A DNA stretch of 64,000 nucleotides from a bacterium (GCA_030704665.1 JAUYID010000009.1:793702-857701), one strand, 5' to 3'. Counted from the stretch's first letter, positions 37,211-47,154 are shown. Made by a program: numbers and translations. Notes: generated by a model from the sequence alone, not told the origin.

Positions 37211-38311
37211 ATGACTGACGATGAGATTTTGAAATTAAGAAAAGAATACAAACTCCACGAAGTCGTTGAAGACAGACTGGTGAAGTTGTTTAAGGAACTT
37301 TCTCCAACGAACTACACCTTGAAAGAAGGGATTGGCCTTACAAGCGGCCGCACCGACACAAGCCACTATATCGGAGGCGGAAAAATAATTCACGTTGAGG
37401 TAATAGCCTCCGCCAACATGGTTGCTAAGGATTTACTTAATCTCCACCAGAGTGTCGCCGACGGTAAGGTTGTTGTGTTGATGGATGAGGAAATTGATCC
37501 AACAGTAACCAAGGAGTATTTTTCGGATCATGCCACCGACAGGTTTCCCAGACTTTCAATCAGCGAAGTTCTGGACGAGGACAAGAAAGAGGCTGTTCTT
37601 GTAAAGCTAGCCGACATTGTCCAGGAAATTGACAAAACCACCGTTAAGTTCAAAAACGAATCACAGAAAAAGTTTGACCAATTCCTCAAGGACTTGAACC
37701 GACAAGGAGAGTTGATAACCTATGACTTCGGGTTTTTCCCTAGAAAAAATTTGGGGGTTTTCCAGAAACTCTCGGACGCAGAAAAACTCTATCACGAGCT
37801 AGACCCACTTGGATTTTCCGCCGCCGCAGGTCTTCATAGAGGGTATGGTTTATCGTGGGAGTTCGGGAACGACGGTAAGTTTTTGCGGTTAGGATACTCT
37901 GACAAGGACAACAACTTGATCCCCTTTGTCTCTGTTGGAGACTACGGTGAGGTAATTCACACCAGCTCCTACCACAAGGAGGGCTTTACCGAAATTCATA
38001 AACCTACACTCCTAAGCTTGTTGAATCCCGTAGTTGAATTTTACAAAGAGCTAGTCAAAAAGAAAGGCTACAAAGGAATGGTGGATGTAATCGCACACTT
38101 TAGCGGTTTCGAAGGTCTGAAGTGGGTAACTACCAATGACCCCGCCGCACTAATAATTAGAGGTAAAGCCTTCTACAGCGATGAAATTACTTGTCCAGTA
38201 TTCTCAATTACAGCAGAGGATTTGCAGAAGCCTGAGAAAGTCCAAAGTTTAATTGGTGAGATGCTCCTAGTCTTGGAGAGAAACAGCAATAAAATTCCTT
38301 GGAGCAGGTAG
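37211..38311 (+). CDS. hypothetical protein (element cargo, unknown function)
   Basis: 366 aa with a good SD (aaggaaatactATG). No domain recognised. Confidence 0.5.
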   Translation: MTDDEILKLRKEYKLHEVVEDRLVKLFKELSPTNYTLKEGIGLTSGRTDTSHYIGGGKIIHVEVIASANMVAKDLLNLHQSVADGKVVVLMDEEIDPTVTKEYFSDHATDRFPRLSISEVLDEDKKEAVLVKLADIVQEIDKTTVKFKNESQKKFDQFLKDLNRQGELITYDFGFFPRKNLGVFQKLSDAEKLYHELDPLGFSAAAGLHRGYGLSWEFGNDGKFLRLGYSDKDNNLIPFVSVGDYGEVIHTSSYHKEGFTEIHKPTLLSLLNPVVEFYKELVKKKGYKGMVDVIAHFSGFEGLKWVTTNDPAALIIRGKAFYSDEITCPVFSITAEDLQKPEKVQSLIGEMLLVLERNSNKIPWSR

Positions 38312-38397
38312 TATTCAGCACCTGCTATAATAAGTCAAACTGCCAGAATTACCTTACAAGCAAGTTAAAAGCTTGGTGTAAGTAGCGTAGCTACATT

Positions 38398-39021
38398 ATG
38401 AGACTAAAGATATTACTGGTGATTTTGGGTTCTCTGCTTCTTGCCTCTGGAATCTATCTCGGAATAAATAAATTTATACTTCAACCAAAAGAAAAAAGCC
38501 CTGTTGCTTCTGTTGTGGAAACCAAAGTGGCGACTGAGTCTGCCGAGCCAAAACCCGAAGGAAAGAAGGAGGACGCAAAAGCTCCAACAGGGGAAGTTTC
38601 GGGTGCGACTACAAATACTGTCCAGCTCCCAACACAACAGAATACACCTCCACTATCAGTACCAGATGAATCAGGCAAGATCGCTACTCTTAACAGCTTA
38701 ATTGAGAAACTAGTCGGTTTGGCTGTAAAAATATGGGCGGAGGACGAAAAAATTAAAGCAACTACTCAAGGTTGGTTTGCTGCTCTGGAAAATTGTAATT
38801 CCGATCCAATAATTCCCTATGCTGACTGCGTTGAACTAAAAAACACTTATTACTCAGCACTTCTAAACATATCCAATGCTGCAAGAAAGAGTTATTTGGC
38901 TGATTATCGCAATTACGAGGCCCAGGCTAACCAAATAAAGGCTTCGTGCTCCTCAGTCTGTCAAACTATTTGGAATGACTACATCCAAGCACTTCAAAAG
39001 GGTGGTATTCCTCAACCTTAA
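38398..39021 (+). CDS. hypothetical membrane-anchored protein
   Basis: 207 aa with an N-terminal TM helix, a charged linker and a Cys-containing C-terminal domain. Confidence 0.45.
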   Translation: MRLKILLVILGSLLLASGIYLGINKFILQPKEKSPVASVVETKVATESAEPKPEGKKEDAKAPTGEVSGATTNTVQLPTQQNTPPLSVPDESGKIATLNSLIEKLVGLAVKIWAEDEKIKATTQGWFAALENCNSDPIIPYADCVELKNTYYSALLNISNAARKSYLADYRNYEAQANQIKASCSSVCQTIWNDYIQALQKGGIPQP

Positions 39022-39154
39022 AACACTAAGCTGACCAAATACACCACTCCACCAATACAAACAGTTTTACCAGTCAGACAGGTTCGGCTGTGGACTAGAG
39101 ATGGCTAATTATGTGGTGTCCGCCGACCAACATCGTTAATCCTTATCCCTTGTG

Positions 39155-39167
39155 TGGCGGCCACATA
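39155..39167. repeat. 13-bp perfect palindrome TGTGGCGGCCACA (copy 2), between convergent genes downstream of terS
   Basis: Identical to 33174-33186. Confidence 0.5.
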
Positions 39168-39293
39168 TGGTTTAACCACCTTGACCAGGGAATTAGTAAA
39201 ATTTATATCGCGGATTTCTGTGGCACTTAACGGTTATATTTATTTTGTAACAAAGGGTGTGGTGGGGGTAGTTCGGGACTAACTGACTTGGTC

Positions 39294-39746
39294 TTAATTC
39301 ATCTTGGCCAACACTTGTCTCGTGTTTTCTTGTGTTTCGGCTAGTATCTGCTTTAACTCCTCAATAGTCTTACCCTCCAGCTCTTTGTGAAACTCTAAGT
39401 TAGCGTTGAGGTTTAAGTTCCTAGAGGCTGGGAAGCGGTCTTTTAGTTTGTTGACCATTTCGATTGCTTGCAAGGCGACGCTTGGTTTGGCTTGTCGGGC
39501 GTTCTTGAGACCTGCTTCAATTATCTGTCTGGTGGATTCATCAACATAAGTATCACTCAAACCCGCTCCTTCAAGCTGTTGTCGGATCGCTGTCAAGACG
39601 TGAGGTCTACCAAGATTTTTGTAGGCTTCGTTGTTGGCCTTCGTAATAGAGTACCCAGCCTTGCGAGCCGCCAGGCTTCCGTTGCCGTTAGCTTCACCGA
39701 CGTAGTATTTAACGAATTTTTCCTGCTTTAGTGTCAGCTTTTTCAT
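39294..39746 (-). CDS. phage terminase small subunit (Terminase_2 family)
   Basis: LTLKQEKFVKYYVGEANGNGSLAARKAGYS matches the terS (PF03592-type) N-terminal HTH LTPKQE-FC-EY...NATQAA-RAGYS. No terminase large subunit is present in the window. Confidence 0.7.
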   Translation of the reverse strand: MKKLTLKQEKFVKYYVGEANGNGSLAARKAGYSITKANNEAYKNLGRPHVLTAIRQQLEGAGLSDTYVDESTRQIIEAGLKNARQAKPSVALQAIEMVNKLKDRFPASRNLNLNANLEFHKELEGKTIEELKQILAETQENTRQVLAKMN

Positions 39747-39927
39747 ATTTAATCTTTTTGCATGGCCTTGCAACTTACCGCCTGGCAGGAAGTTAAGGAA
39801 CTTTACAACAGCCAGTCAAATTTCTACCCATATATAGTATAACTGACAAAGAATATAGTGAGTTAGATGGTGGAGTAAACAGATTTTAGGTTCAATAATA
39901 TAGTGAGTGGGGTGGTGGGGTAAACTT

Positions 39928-40287
39928 TTAGTTAGATTTTTCGACTTGCCAGTCCCCACCTTTAGTGTCGTAAATCACACAGTAACGTCCTTCGAAAGTA
40001 ACCGCCTTACCGCATTCCTGGCTAGAAATCGAAACGTAGCCGCCATTGGGAAACTCCATCTCAACAATTCTCTTATCCTCAACTGTTACTGCCAAGGTGT
40101 AGCAATTATCATTGTTTGGATTGTGAACCACGCAGACTCTTTGGTACTCAGTACCATCCCACCAAGGCTTATCGTAACTGATTCCAAAAGGCCACCAATG
40201 AAAAAAGAAAGCACCAATCAAGTAGAGGATTATTAGTCCCACTACTCCACCGCCTACTTCGTTTGTATGATTCTCGTCGTTTTCCAA
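39928..40287 (-). CDS. hypothetical membrane protein
   Basis: 119 aa with one TM helix and a Cys-containing C-terminal domain. It is the last gene inside the element's right end. Confidence 0.4.
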   Translation of the reverse strand: MENDENHTNEVGGGVVGLIILYLIGAFFFHWWPFGISYDKPWWDGTEYQRVCVVHNPNNDNCYTLAVTVEDKRIVEMEFPNGGYVSISSQECGKAVTFEGRYCVIYDTKGGDWQVEKSN

Positions 40288-40331
40288 TTAAACCTCCCTA
40301 GTCAATTATAACGCTTTTTAGGTGTCGGGAT

Positions 40332-40354
40332 GGTCTTTATGTATATCCTTAAGG
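40332..40354. repeat. attR-type junction: element arm GGTCTTTATGTATATCCTTAA plus core GG (40353-40354)
   Basis: This is the inverted counterpart of the left arm. The TTA at 40349-40351 is the reverse complement of a TAA that terminates the comM 5' fragment. Confidence 0.55.
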
Positions 40355-41407
40355 ACAAGGATTCGCCGCTGCAATCAAGACAAATTTGGCCGGAAAAGTC
40401 ACGTTGGTCGCTGCCCTCGACACCGTCACAAACCCATCTTCGAGAGGCTGGCGCAGTGCCTCGAGAACATTTCTCGGAAACTCCGGGAACTCATCAAGAA
40501 AAAGTACGCCGCGGTGTGACTGCGATATTTCTCCTGGTTTGGGATTGGCTCCACCACCAATGATACCCACACTACTCGCGGTGTGATGGGGACTACGAAA
40601 CTGTCTTTTTGTGACTAAACCACCGTTGACTCCGCCTAGAACAGAGAAGATTTTAGTAACTTCCACTGCTTCCGAAAAAGTCAAACGAGGCAGTATCGAA
40701 ACAAAAGTTCGTGCCAGTAGCGTCTTACCCGCCCCTGGTGGTCCTTTGAGTAGAACGTTGTGACCACCAGCAGCTGCAATCTCCAGTGCTCGTTTGGCTT
40801 GTTCCTGTCCTTTGACCTCTTTCATATCTAGTTCGAACTCTTCCTCAGGAGCAAAATCAAACTTTCTTGGTTTAAACGGGTTGATGGGTGAGACAGCAGT
40901 AAAATGATCAAAAACCTCCCGGATATTTTTCACTGGGAGTATTTTTACCTTCTCAACGACAGAAGCTTCAATTGCATTTTCGGTCGGGAGTATCAGAGAA
41001 TCAAAATTTTTTTCTTTGGCTAGTAGTGAGAGAAGCAGAGCTCCCTTGGTTGAGTTGACTGAGCCGTCAAGCGAAAGCTCACCAAAAATTAAGGTCTTGG
41101 CAATATCAGCTTCAAGTTGACCCGAAGAAAGCAAAATCCCCAAAGCAATTGGCAGGTCAAAACTTGGACCTTCCTTGGGCAAATCAGCTGGAGCAAGGTT
41201 GACCGTAATGCGTTTAGCGGGGAAATCAGCACCAACGTTTTTCAGAGCGGCCCGGACCCTCTCGCGAGACTCCTCAACCGCCTTGTCCGGCAAACCAACG
41301 ATTGTGAATGAGGGTAGCCCTTGAGAAGCAATATCAACTTCAATTGTTACCGGCACTGCTTCCAGGCCAACTAGAGAACCGGAGTGGATTTTGGATAGCA
41401 TTGCCAA
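40349..41407 (-). pseudogene. comM: comM (Mg-chelatase-like YifB/ComM) 5' portion, truncated by the insertion; ends NPCP followed by an element-derived TAA
   Basis: 352 aa with N-terminal Lon-like and ChlI AAA+ domains (Walker [18 protein letters not shown]). It ends exactly where the ComM zinc-finger PCPCG motif should continue. Confidence 0.85.
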
Positions 41408-41448
41408 GCAGAATAAAGTAAACAGATCAAGGAATCAAGAGGGCTTTT

Positions 41449-42447
41449 TCACTTCTTTGTCTGTTTTGTTTTCATAATTTCCTCAACTATCACTCCAATC
41501 CCGACCGCAGCGGGAACAGAAACTACCGCTCCTAGAAAACCAAACAAAACTGTTCCAATCAAAAGAACAAAAAGAATCATAAACGCGTTCAGACCAATAA
41601 TACCACTCATCACTTTGGGTACCAAAAAATTGTCTTTCAATGTCTGGATGATATTGTAGAAAAGAAAAATCCAAACTGCCAGAATCGGGTTCTGTACTGC
41701 AGAAATGACGAGTGCCGGTATCAAGGCAAGCAACGGCCCGAGACCAGCAATCGGGCTCAAAAAAGTAGCAATCATGGTCAGGGTCAGACTATAGTTTACT
41801 CCGAGAACAGTCAGACCAGCAAAAGTTGTGATACCAACCAAACCAGCAATCAAAATCTGCCCAAGCACCCAACCACCAATACGTCTTTCAATTTCTGCCT
41901 CAAGAGCTTTTAGCTTTTCTTCTTTACCAGGAAAAAAACTTGCAAGAAAATCTAGTGTTTCGTCATGCTCCAACAAAAGATAGAAAGTAACCACAAAAAC
42001 CCCTACGAAGAAAAGAAACCCAGAAATAGAACTCAAGGTCAGATTTATCAAACTACCGATCCCCTGATTCAAGACCGGAGAGAGAGTTTTTTGAAGCTGT
42101 TCTGCGCTAACATTGACCCCCAGACTCTGAGCCCGAGCCAGGACCTCGCCTAAAATAGCTGGGAAATTGGCTACGAAAAGTTGAAACTGAGAAATAAAAG
42201 GGCTAAAGAAAAGACCCAAGAGAGTAAAGAAAAGCCCAAAACAAACGAAAAAAGTGAGAAAGGCAGATACTTTATAGCTTAAATGAAACCCCCGCTGCGT
42301 TTTTTTTACCAACGGACGAAAACCACTAACCAGTATGTAGGAAAGAATCAGACTGAGAACCAAGGTGCGCAGCTGCCAAAGGAAAATTAATAATATGATC
42401 AAAAAAACACTGAGAAAAATCGTTTTTTTGGAAATAGCAATTGTCAT
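41449..42447 (-). CDS. AI-2E family transporter (PerM-like)
   Basis: 332 aa with 8 TM helices and the typical AI-2E topology and motifs (GGW, FIP). Confidence 0.7.
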   Translation of the reverse strand: MTIAISKKTIFLSVFLIILLIFLWQLRTLVLSLILSYILVSGFRPLVKKTQRGFHLSYKVSAFLTFFVCFGLFFTLLGLFFSPFISQFQLFVANFPAILGEVLARAQSLGVNVSAEQLQKTLSPVLNQGIGSLINLTLSSISGFLFFVGVFVVTFYLLLEHDETLDFLASFFPGKEEKLKALEAEIERRIGGWVLGQILIAGLVGITTFAGLTVLGVNYSLTLTMIATFLSPIAGLGPLLALIPALVISAVQNPILAVWIFLFYNIIQTLKDNFLVPKVMSGIIGLNAFMILFVLLIGTVLFGFLGAVVSVPAAVGIGVIVEEIMKTKQTKK

Positions 42448-42475
42448 TTATTTTATTATAGCCTAACTTGGGGAT

Positions 42476-45400
42476 TTATTTACTAACTGTAAAGTCAAGG
42501 TCGTTTTGTCCAACCTGAGTTGTATTTGTTGAAGCATAGACAGCGGCTTTCCAAGTCGTTTCGTAAGTACTTAACGGTACCACTAAGGTTAGAGTGCCAG
42601 AAGAGTTTGTTTCCAAATTTGGGTTCCAATACAAAGTATCTACTAACTTGTCTGCGGTAATTCCCCCACCTCCTCCACCACCCCCGCCTCCATAGTCGCC
42701 AATTTTGATGAGAGAGGAAGAAGCATTGGTTGACCTACCCCGGAAGTAATAGAAAGAAGAATGAATCGCAGGTAAAGCTGATTTCCTTAGTATATAAATG
42801 GATTTATCGACAAGGCTGAGCGAGATTTTTGCGGCAATTGGATTACCCGAATTATCTTTGGTTGTGATTGTAAGTTTTGCTTTTTCACTTGGTTTGTATT
42901 GATCCTTATCAGTTTTTATTTCTACCTTTACGAGTTTGTGCATTGCAGGTACATTCAAGGAAAGGCCTTCGGAATAGTACTTCCCATCCTTGAAAAAGGT
43001 AAAAACAAGACTAAAAGATGGGCTTAGTTCTTCATTTATTTCCAGCGGGAAAATACTTTTGCCTTTTTTAATTTCTTTCCATTCCGAAGAATAAATTCTT
43101 CCCCTTTCTGTAGTAACTAAAGCTTTTATGTCCTCTGGTACTTCGATTTGCAAATTAGCGGTGTCCCCCACAAGATAAGAATTTTTTTCAGCGGTTACTG
43201 ATAACTTTGTTAGATTTTGATCGGAGAAGAAAGTAAAGCCTCTAGGTTCATCAGAAATATAAAGGGATTTTGAATCATCAATATAATTTCCAGACCCATC
43301 AGTACCCTTTACTCTCAAAATGTAGGAGGAGTTTTTCTCTTGAACTTCAAGTTTTTGTTTTATTATCCCTATTCCGTTGTTGTCTGTTTTTGTCGATCCT
43401 GAAATTTCAACCTTCTCAACACTCTCATATGTTTTGTTGTCATAACTAACTGAACTAATTGTATAGTTAAATGTTTTATTTCCCTGTTTAACCCCTTCTC
43501 TAGTCTCGGAGTAAAAACTCGCCACCAAATTTTCGCCCTTTAGGTAGGCCCACTTGATTGGTCTTATAAATAAGTTTGCGTTTCCTTGATGGACTATACC
43601 CTTACCTGCGCCAAAAATTCTGTTTTTATTCTCATCGGTTTTTATTGCCACCACAGTTACGTTTTGGCTGCTATTTGTTTTAAACTCGTTTGTGTTGACA
43701 GTTACGGTTGCCGTTCCTTTGGCATCCAAAGTCACTTCCGGTGAATCTTGATTTATTGAGTCAAAATATTGATCCTCCTGAAAACCACCCCCACACATAC
43801 CACCCCAAGAGTTTAGATTGAAATTTTGGTTATAAACTGCCTTATCTGTTTCAAAATAAGAGCTAGTGACATAGCCATAGTTTACTTTTGTTTTGGCTAA
43901 AGGTGTACCGTTATTATACTTTCCTCTGATTGTGGCTTGTATTTTGTCTTTTAGAAGATACTCACCCTTATCAAGTTCAACTGTTAGATCAAAATTGGGT
44001 TTTTTGTAATCCAATACTTCATAATAGACAGAAGCTTCGGAATAATTTTCCTTAGTTTCTCCAAGAACTTCTGCCGTTAAAGGGCCAGTGCCTTCGGCTG
44101 CAATAAGCTCACCGGAAAAAATACCTCCGGAATTTGTGGTCTGATCTTTTTGGAAAACGACTTTTTCACTCTCTGTTTTACTATCATAACTTTTGACTGA
44201 TACCCGAACGGTCTGGCTACCCGGCATTTTATAGATAGCGTCGTTATCTTTTCTCACTAGCCCACGGTAACGGATTTTGTCTCCTTTTTTGTAAATTGGA
44301 CGGTCAGTATAAAGAAAAATTTCATTATTTTCACTGAGATTTGAACGGACCCGAATATCGGCTTGGCTAAGCAAAATAGCAACGGGAACGATTAAAACCT
44401 CACCTTGAGTTTTTCCAACCACCAAATCGACTTTTTTTGGATAAATGAAACTGATTTCTTTCTGGTCTGTTACTTCGGCACTATTAATAATTGTTGGTTT
44501 GTCCAACATGCTGTAAAAATCAACCTCGATTGGTTGAGTTAAAACATTTCCATCCAAATCTTGTCCCGCCAAAAGAATTTTTTGATCGTCTTGTCGGAAA
44601 ATTAGTCCTTTTGAATTCGAGACAAGCCAAATTTGCCCCACTCTATCACCTCCATCATTTACCGCTTCCAAGAAGTAGATCCCCTTTTCCTCCTTAACAA
44701 AATAGTTCTCTTTGTCTTTTACCTTTTCTTTGCTTGATAGTTTCTCCAACTTCTCACTATTGACCAATTTATTTGCATAGTCTAAATAATTAGTGCCCCC
44801 TATGTCTTTCTTGGCTCTGTAAACAAAGGAGTTTAATAAGGTATCCAAATCGGCTTTGTAAAGATTGAGGTTTACATCCGAGAATCCCTTTCCAACTCGG
44901 ACGGTGAGGGTTGAACCTCTAGTTGAAGAAAAGCTTAATAACTTTGTAACTAGGTCTTCATCTTTTTCCGAAAAAAATACTTCGTTAGAACTGAGATCAG
45001 TTGAAAAGACTAAATAGTAAGTAGATATTAGTGCTTGTCCAGCTTTTGATCTCAATTGATCGGAGATGGTGATACTATACGAAGTCGTGTCCAAAAGAGT
45101 CTCCTGTGGAATGAAAGTTACCTGTTTTTCTGAAGCGCTTAGCGAAAAGGTTCCCTCTACTTCTGGAGAAATACTGAAATTGTGTTCGAAATCGTGCAAT
45201 CTTACTTCTTGGTTAAAAACAAAACTAATTTTTTTGTTTACCGCAACCCCAACCGCATCGTTTATAGGATCTGTTTGTAAAAGTAAAAATTCGTTGACCA
45301 CACTTTTTGAACCAACCTTAAGAGTTTTTGGTTGGTTCAATTTGAGGTAAGCTAATGCAGTAGTTGAGAAAAGTATTAAAAAAACACCTAGTCCAATTGC

Positions 45401-45541
45401 TAAGGAAAGTTTGCGGTGGGAGGAAATCCAGTTTTTTACCCTTTTCTTTAATCCTAATTTCTCAGAACTAGCCAAAGTTTCACTAGAAATCTTTTCTTCC
45501 AGTGCCGCCTCGTTAGTAGTATTTGCTTGGTCTTCAGGCAT
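42476..45541 (-). CDS. large membrane-anchored surface protein with alpha-2-macroglobulin-like MG domains; contains a Gly10 tract
   Basis: 1021 aa with an N-terminal TM helix. YTDRPIYKKGDKIRYRGLVR and KTDKDQYKPSEKAKLTI match the A2M_N/MG-domain motif TDKPIY-PG. No CGEQ thioester was seen. Confidence 0.45.
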   Translation of the reverse strand: MPEDQANTTNEAALEEKISSETLASSEKLGLKKRVKNWISSHRKLSLAIGLGVFLILFSTTALAYLKLNQPKTLKVGSKSVVNEFLLLQTDPINDAVGVAVNKKISFVFNQEVRLHDFEHNFSISPEVEGTFSLSASEKQVTFIPQETLLDTTSYSITISDQLRSKAGQALISTYYLVFSTDLSSNEVFFSEKDEDLVTKLLSFSSTRGSTLTVRVGKGFSDVNLNLYKADLDTLLNSFVYRAKKDIGGTNYLDYANKLVNSEKLEKLSSKEKVKDKENYFVKEEKGIYFLEAVNDGGDRVGQIWLVSNSKGLIFRQDDQKILLAGQDLDGNVLTQPIEVDFYSMLDKPTIINSAEVTDQKEISFIYPKKVDLVVGKTQGEVLIVPVAILLSQADIRVRSNLSENNEIFLYTDRPIYKKGDKIRYRGLVRKDNDAIYKMPGSQTVRVSVKSYDSKTESEKVVFQKDQTTNSGGIFSGELIAAEGTGPLTAEVLGETKENYSEASVYYEVLDYKKPNFDLTVELDKGEYLLKDKIQATIRGKYNNGTPLAKTKVNYGYVTSSYFETDKAVYNQNFNLNSWGGMCGGGFQEDQYFDSINQDSPEVTLDAKGTATVTVNTNEFKTNSSQNVTVVAIKTDENKNRIFGAGKGIVHQGNANLFIRPIKWAYLKGENLVASFYSETREGVKQGNKTFNYTISSVSYDNKTYESVEKVEISGSTKTDNNGIGIIKQKLEVQEKNSSYILRVKGTDGSGNYIDDSKSLYISDEPRGFTFFSDQNLTKLSVTAEKNSYLVGDTANLQIEVPEDIKALVTTERGRIYSSEWKEIKKGKSIFPLEINEELSPSFSLVFTFFKDGKYYSEGLSLNVPAMHKLVKVEIKTDKDQYKPSEKAKLTITTKDNSGNPIAAKISLSLVDKSIYILRKSALPAIHSSFYYFRGRSTNASSSLIKIGDYGGGGGGGGGGITADKLVDTLYWNPNLETNSSGTLTLVVPLSTYETTWKAAVYASTNTTQVGQNDLDFTVSK

Positions 45542-45605
45542 TAATTTTAGTATGGAAGTTTTTTAATGCTTAGTCAAGAAAAAAATCCCACCGAAGTGAG
45601 ATTTT

Positions 45606-46086
45606 TTCTGCTCAAAGGTAACCCGTAAGCCAGATTCTGTTTTCCCGCTTCGATACGAATCGAGGCGAGTAGCGACCATCTATCTAGATGTGGCGAATGC
45701 TCACAACTTCTTGGGGTAAACCAAGATGCCTGCGACTTTCTGGTTCAGACTAGTAACTCATTACCAGGTTCGGCAGTTACAGCGAGTAGGATTGCCCGTT
45801 TCACTTTCACCCCTAATTGTCGAGGGATGAAACTTCGTCTCTGTTGCTCTCGAAACCTGTCAATTCAGGTTCCGTCCGAACAAGGCTTTCGACTCAAACC
45901 TTTGTTCGACACTAGCACTTACGTGTTTCGCCTTACGACGAATCCTCCACTAGTCAGCTGTCTGGACTTTCCTCCCCACCCTTTCCAGTCACAAATTTAA
46001 ACCCTTCAATTCTACCAACTCATCTACTAAAGGAGTCTAACTTCTAACCAGAAAGGGTGGGGCGGCCGCTCAACTACCTTTGAGCG
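45606..46086 (-). ncRNA. rnpB: RNase P RNA (bacterial type A-like, with expansions)
   Basis: The minus strand contains GGAGGAAAGUCC (P4 5' strand; reverse complement of 45966-45975), AGGGGUGAAAGUGAAACGGG (P10-12 region) and ACAGAAUCUGGCUUAC (P4 3' strand). A 14-bp P1 forms between 46072-46085 and 45610-45623. Confidence 0.65.
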
Positions 46087-46116
46087 TCCCTATTTTACCA
46101 TTTTGGAAGAGGTTTT

Positions 46117-47148
46117 TCAACTTTTAGGGTTTAGAGAGTGGCGACGAGCGTCGCGAAAATGAATGACAACCACTTGCAAAGCTGCGGCCGTTGGAACAGC
46201 AATCGCTGCCCCGAGAGCACCAAAAAGGCTCCCTCCCACCAAAATTGAGATGATAGTGACCAAAGGACTCAAGCCGACTACTTCTTTCATGACTTCGGGA
46301 ACAATGAAGTAGTTTTCGAACTGTTGAATCAGGGTGTAAAGGGCGACTACACCGAGCAAAACTAAGGGTGAGGAACCCGTCGCCAAAACAATGATCAGTG
46401 CCGGTACGACTGCAAGAATTGGACCGATGACCGCAACTGTTTCTAGCAAACCCGCGATCACCGCCAAAGGAAGGGCAAACTCAACTCTTAGTAGGCTAAG
46501 CCCGACCCAAACAGCGAGTCCGACCAAAAACATTAAAATTAATTGCCCACGAACCCAAGCACCCAACTGCTTTTCAATCTGATGGGCGATCCTTAGTGTT
46601 TCTACTTTTGGCATGTTGGGAAAAAAGAGAAAAATGCTTTCCTTGATTTTGTCTCTTTCCAAAAGCAAGTAAAAACTGAAAACTGCAATTGAAACAAAAA
46701 CCAAAATACCGTTAAAAGCGTTCAGCAACAAGGCAAGGGCATTGGCCAGAGCATCGTTAACTCTCTCGCTGGCAAGTTGAAACAAATGATCAGAGGTCAC
46801 GACTGGCAATCCCAGACCGTCCAAATAATTAGTTATCCGTTGGATATAGACTGGAAGATCAGCCACAAAGATCCTAGTTTGCTCAATGAGCGGTGGAAGG
46901 ATGAAAAATAGGAGCGCGCCAAGCCCACCGATAGCAATTAAATAAGTCAACCCAACAGCCAAGGCTTTGGGAAGACCTACTTTCTCAAAACGGTCGACAA
47001 GTGGAGCAAAACCACTCATCAAAATCACCGAAATCCCCAAGGCGATCAAAATACCCCGAATCTGCCAAGCAAAGACCAAGGCCACCAGCAAAAAAATAGT
47101 GAAAGCGATAGTTTTGGGGGAAATTTCAACTGTAGTTGTATTTTCCAT
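46117..47148 (-). CDS. AI-2E family transporter
   Basis: 343 aa with 8 TM helices. It is a paralog of 41449 and 47155. Confidence 0.7.
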   Translation of the reverse strand: MENTTTVEISPKTIAFTIFLLVALVFAWQIRGILIALGISVILMSGFAPLVDRFEKVGLPKALAVGLTYLIAIGGLGALLFFILPPLIEQTRIFVADLPVYIQRITNYLDGLGLPVVTSDHLFQLASERVNDALANALALLLNAFNGILVFVSIAVFSFYLLLERDKIKESIFLFFPNMPKVETLRIAHQIEKQLGAWVRGQLILMFLVGLAVWVGLSLLRVEFALPLAVIAGLLETVAVIGPILAVVPALIIVLATGSSPLVLLGVVALYTLIQQFENYFIVPEVMKEVVGLSPLVTIISILVGGSLFGALGAAIAVPTAAALQVVVIHFRDARRHSLNPKS

Positions 47149-47154
47149 CTTTAA

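Larger units (their letters stand above)
31456..40354. mobile_element. integrative element of about 8.9 kb inserted in comM (PICI-like phage-satellite gene set: serine integrase, AlpA-like HTH, pri/rep module, terS)
   Basis: The comM coding sequence breaks at ...AAANPCP (40349-40354) and resumes at CGFFGD (31455 downward). A GG dinucleotide is shared at both junctions, flanked by inverted 12-bp arms TACATAAAGACC (31467-31478) and GGTCTTTATGTA (40332-40343). Confidence 0.7.
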
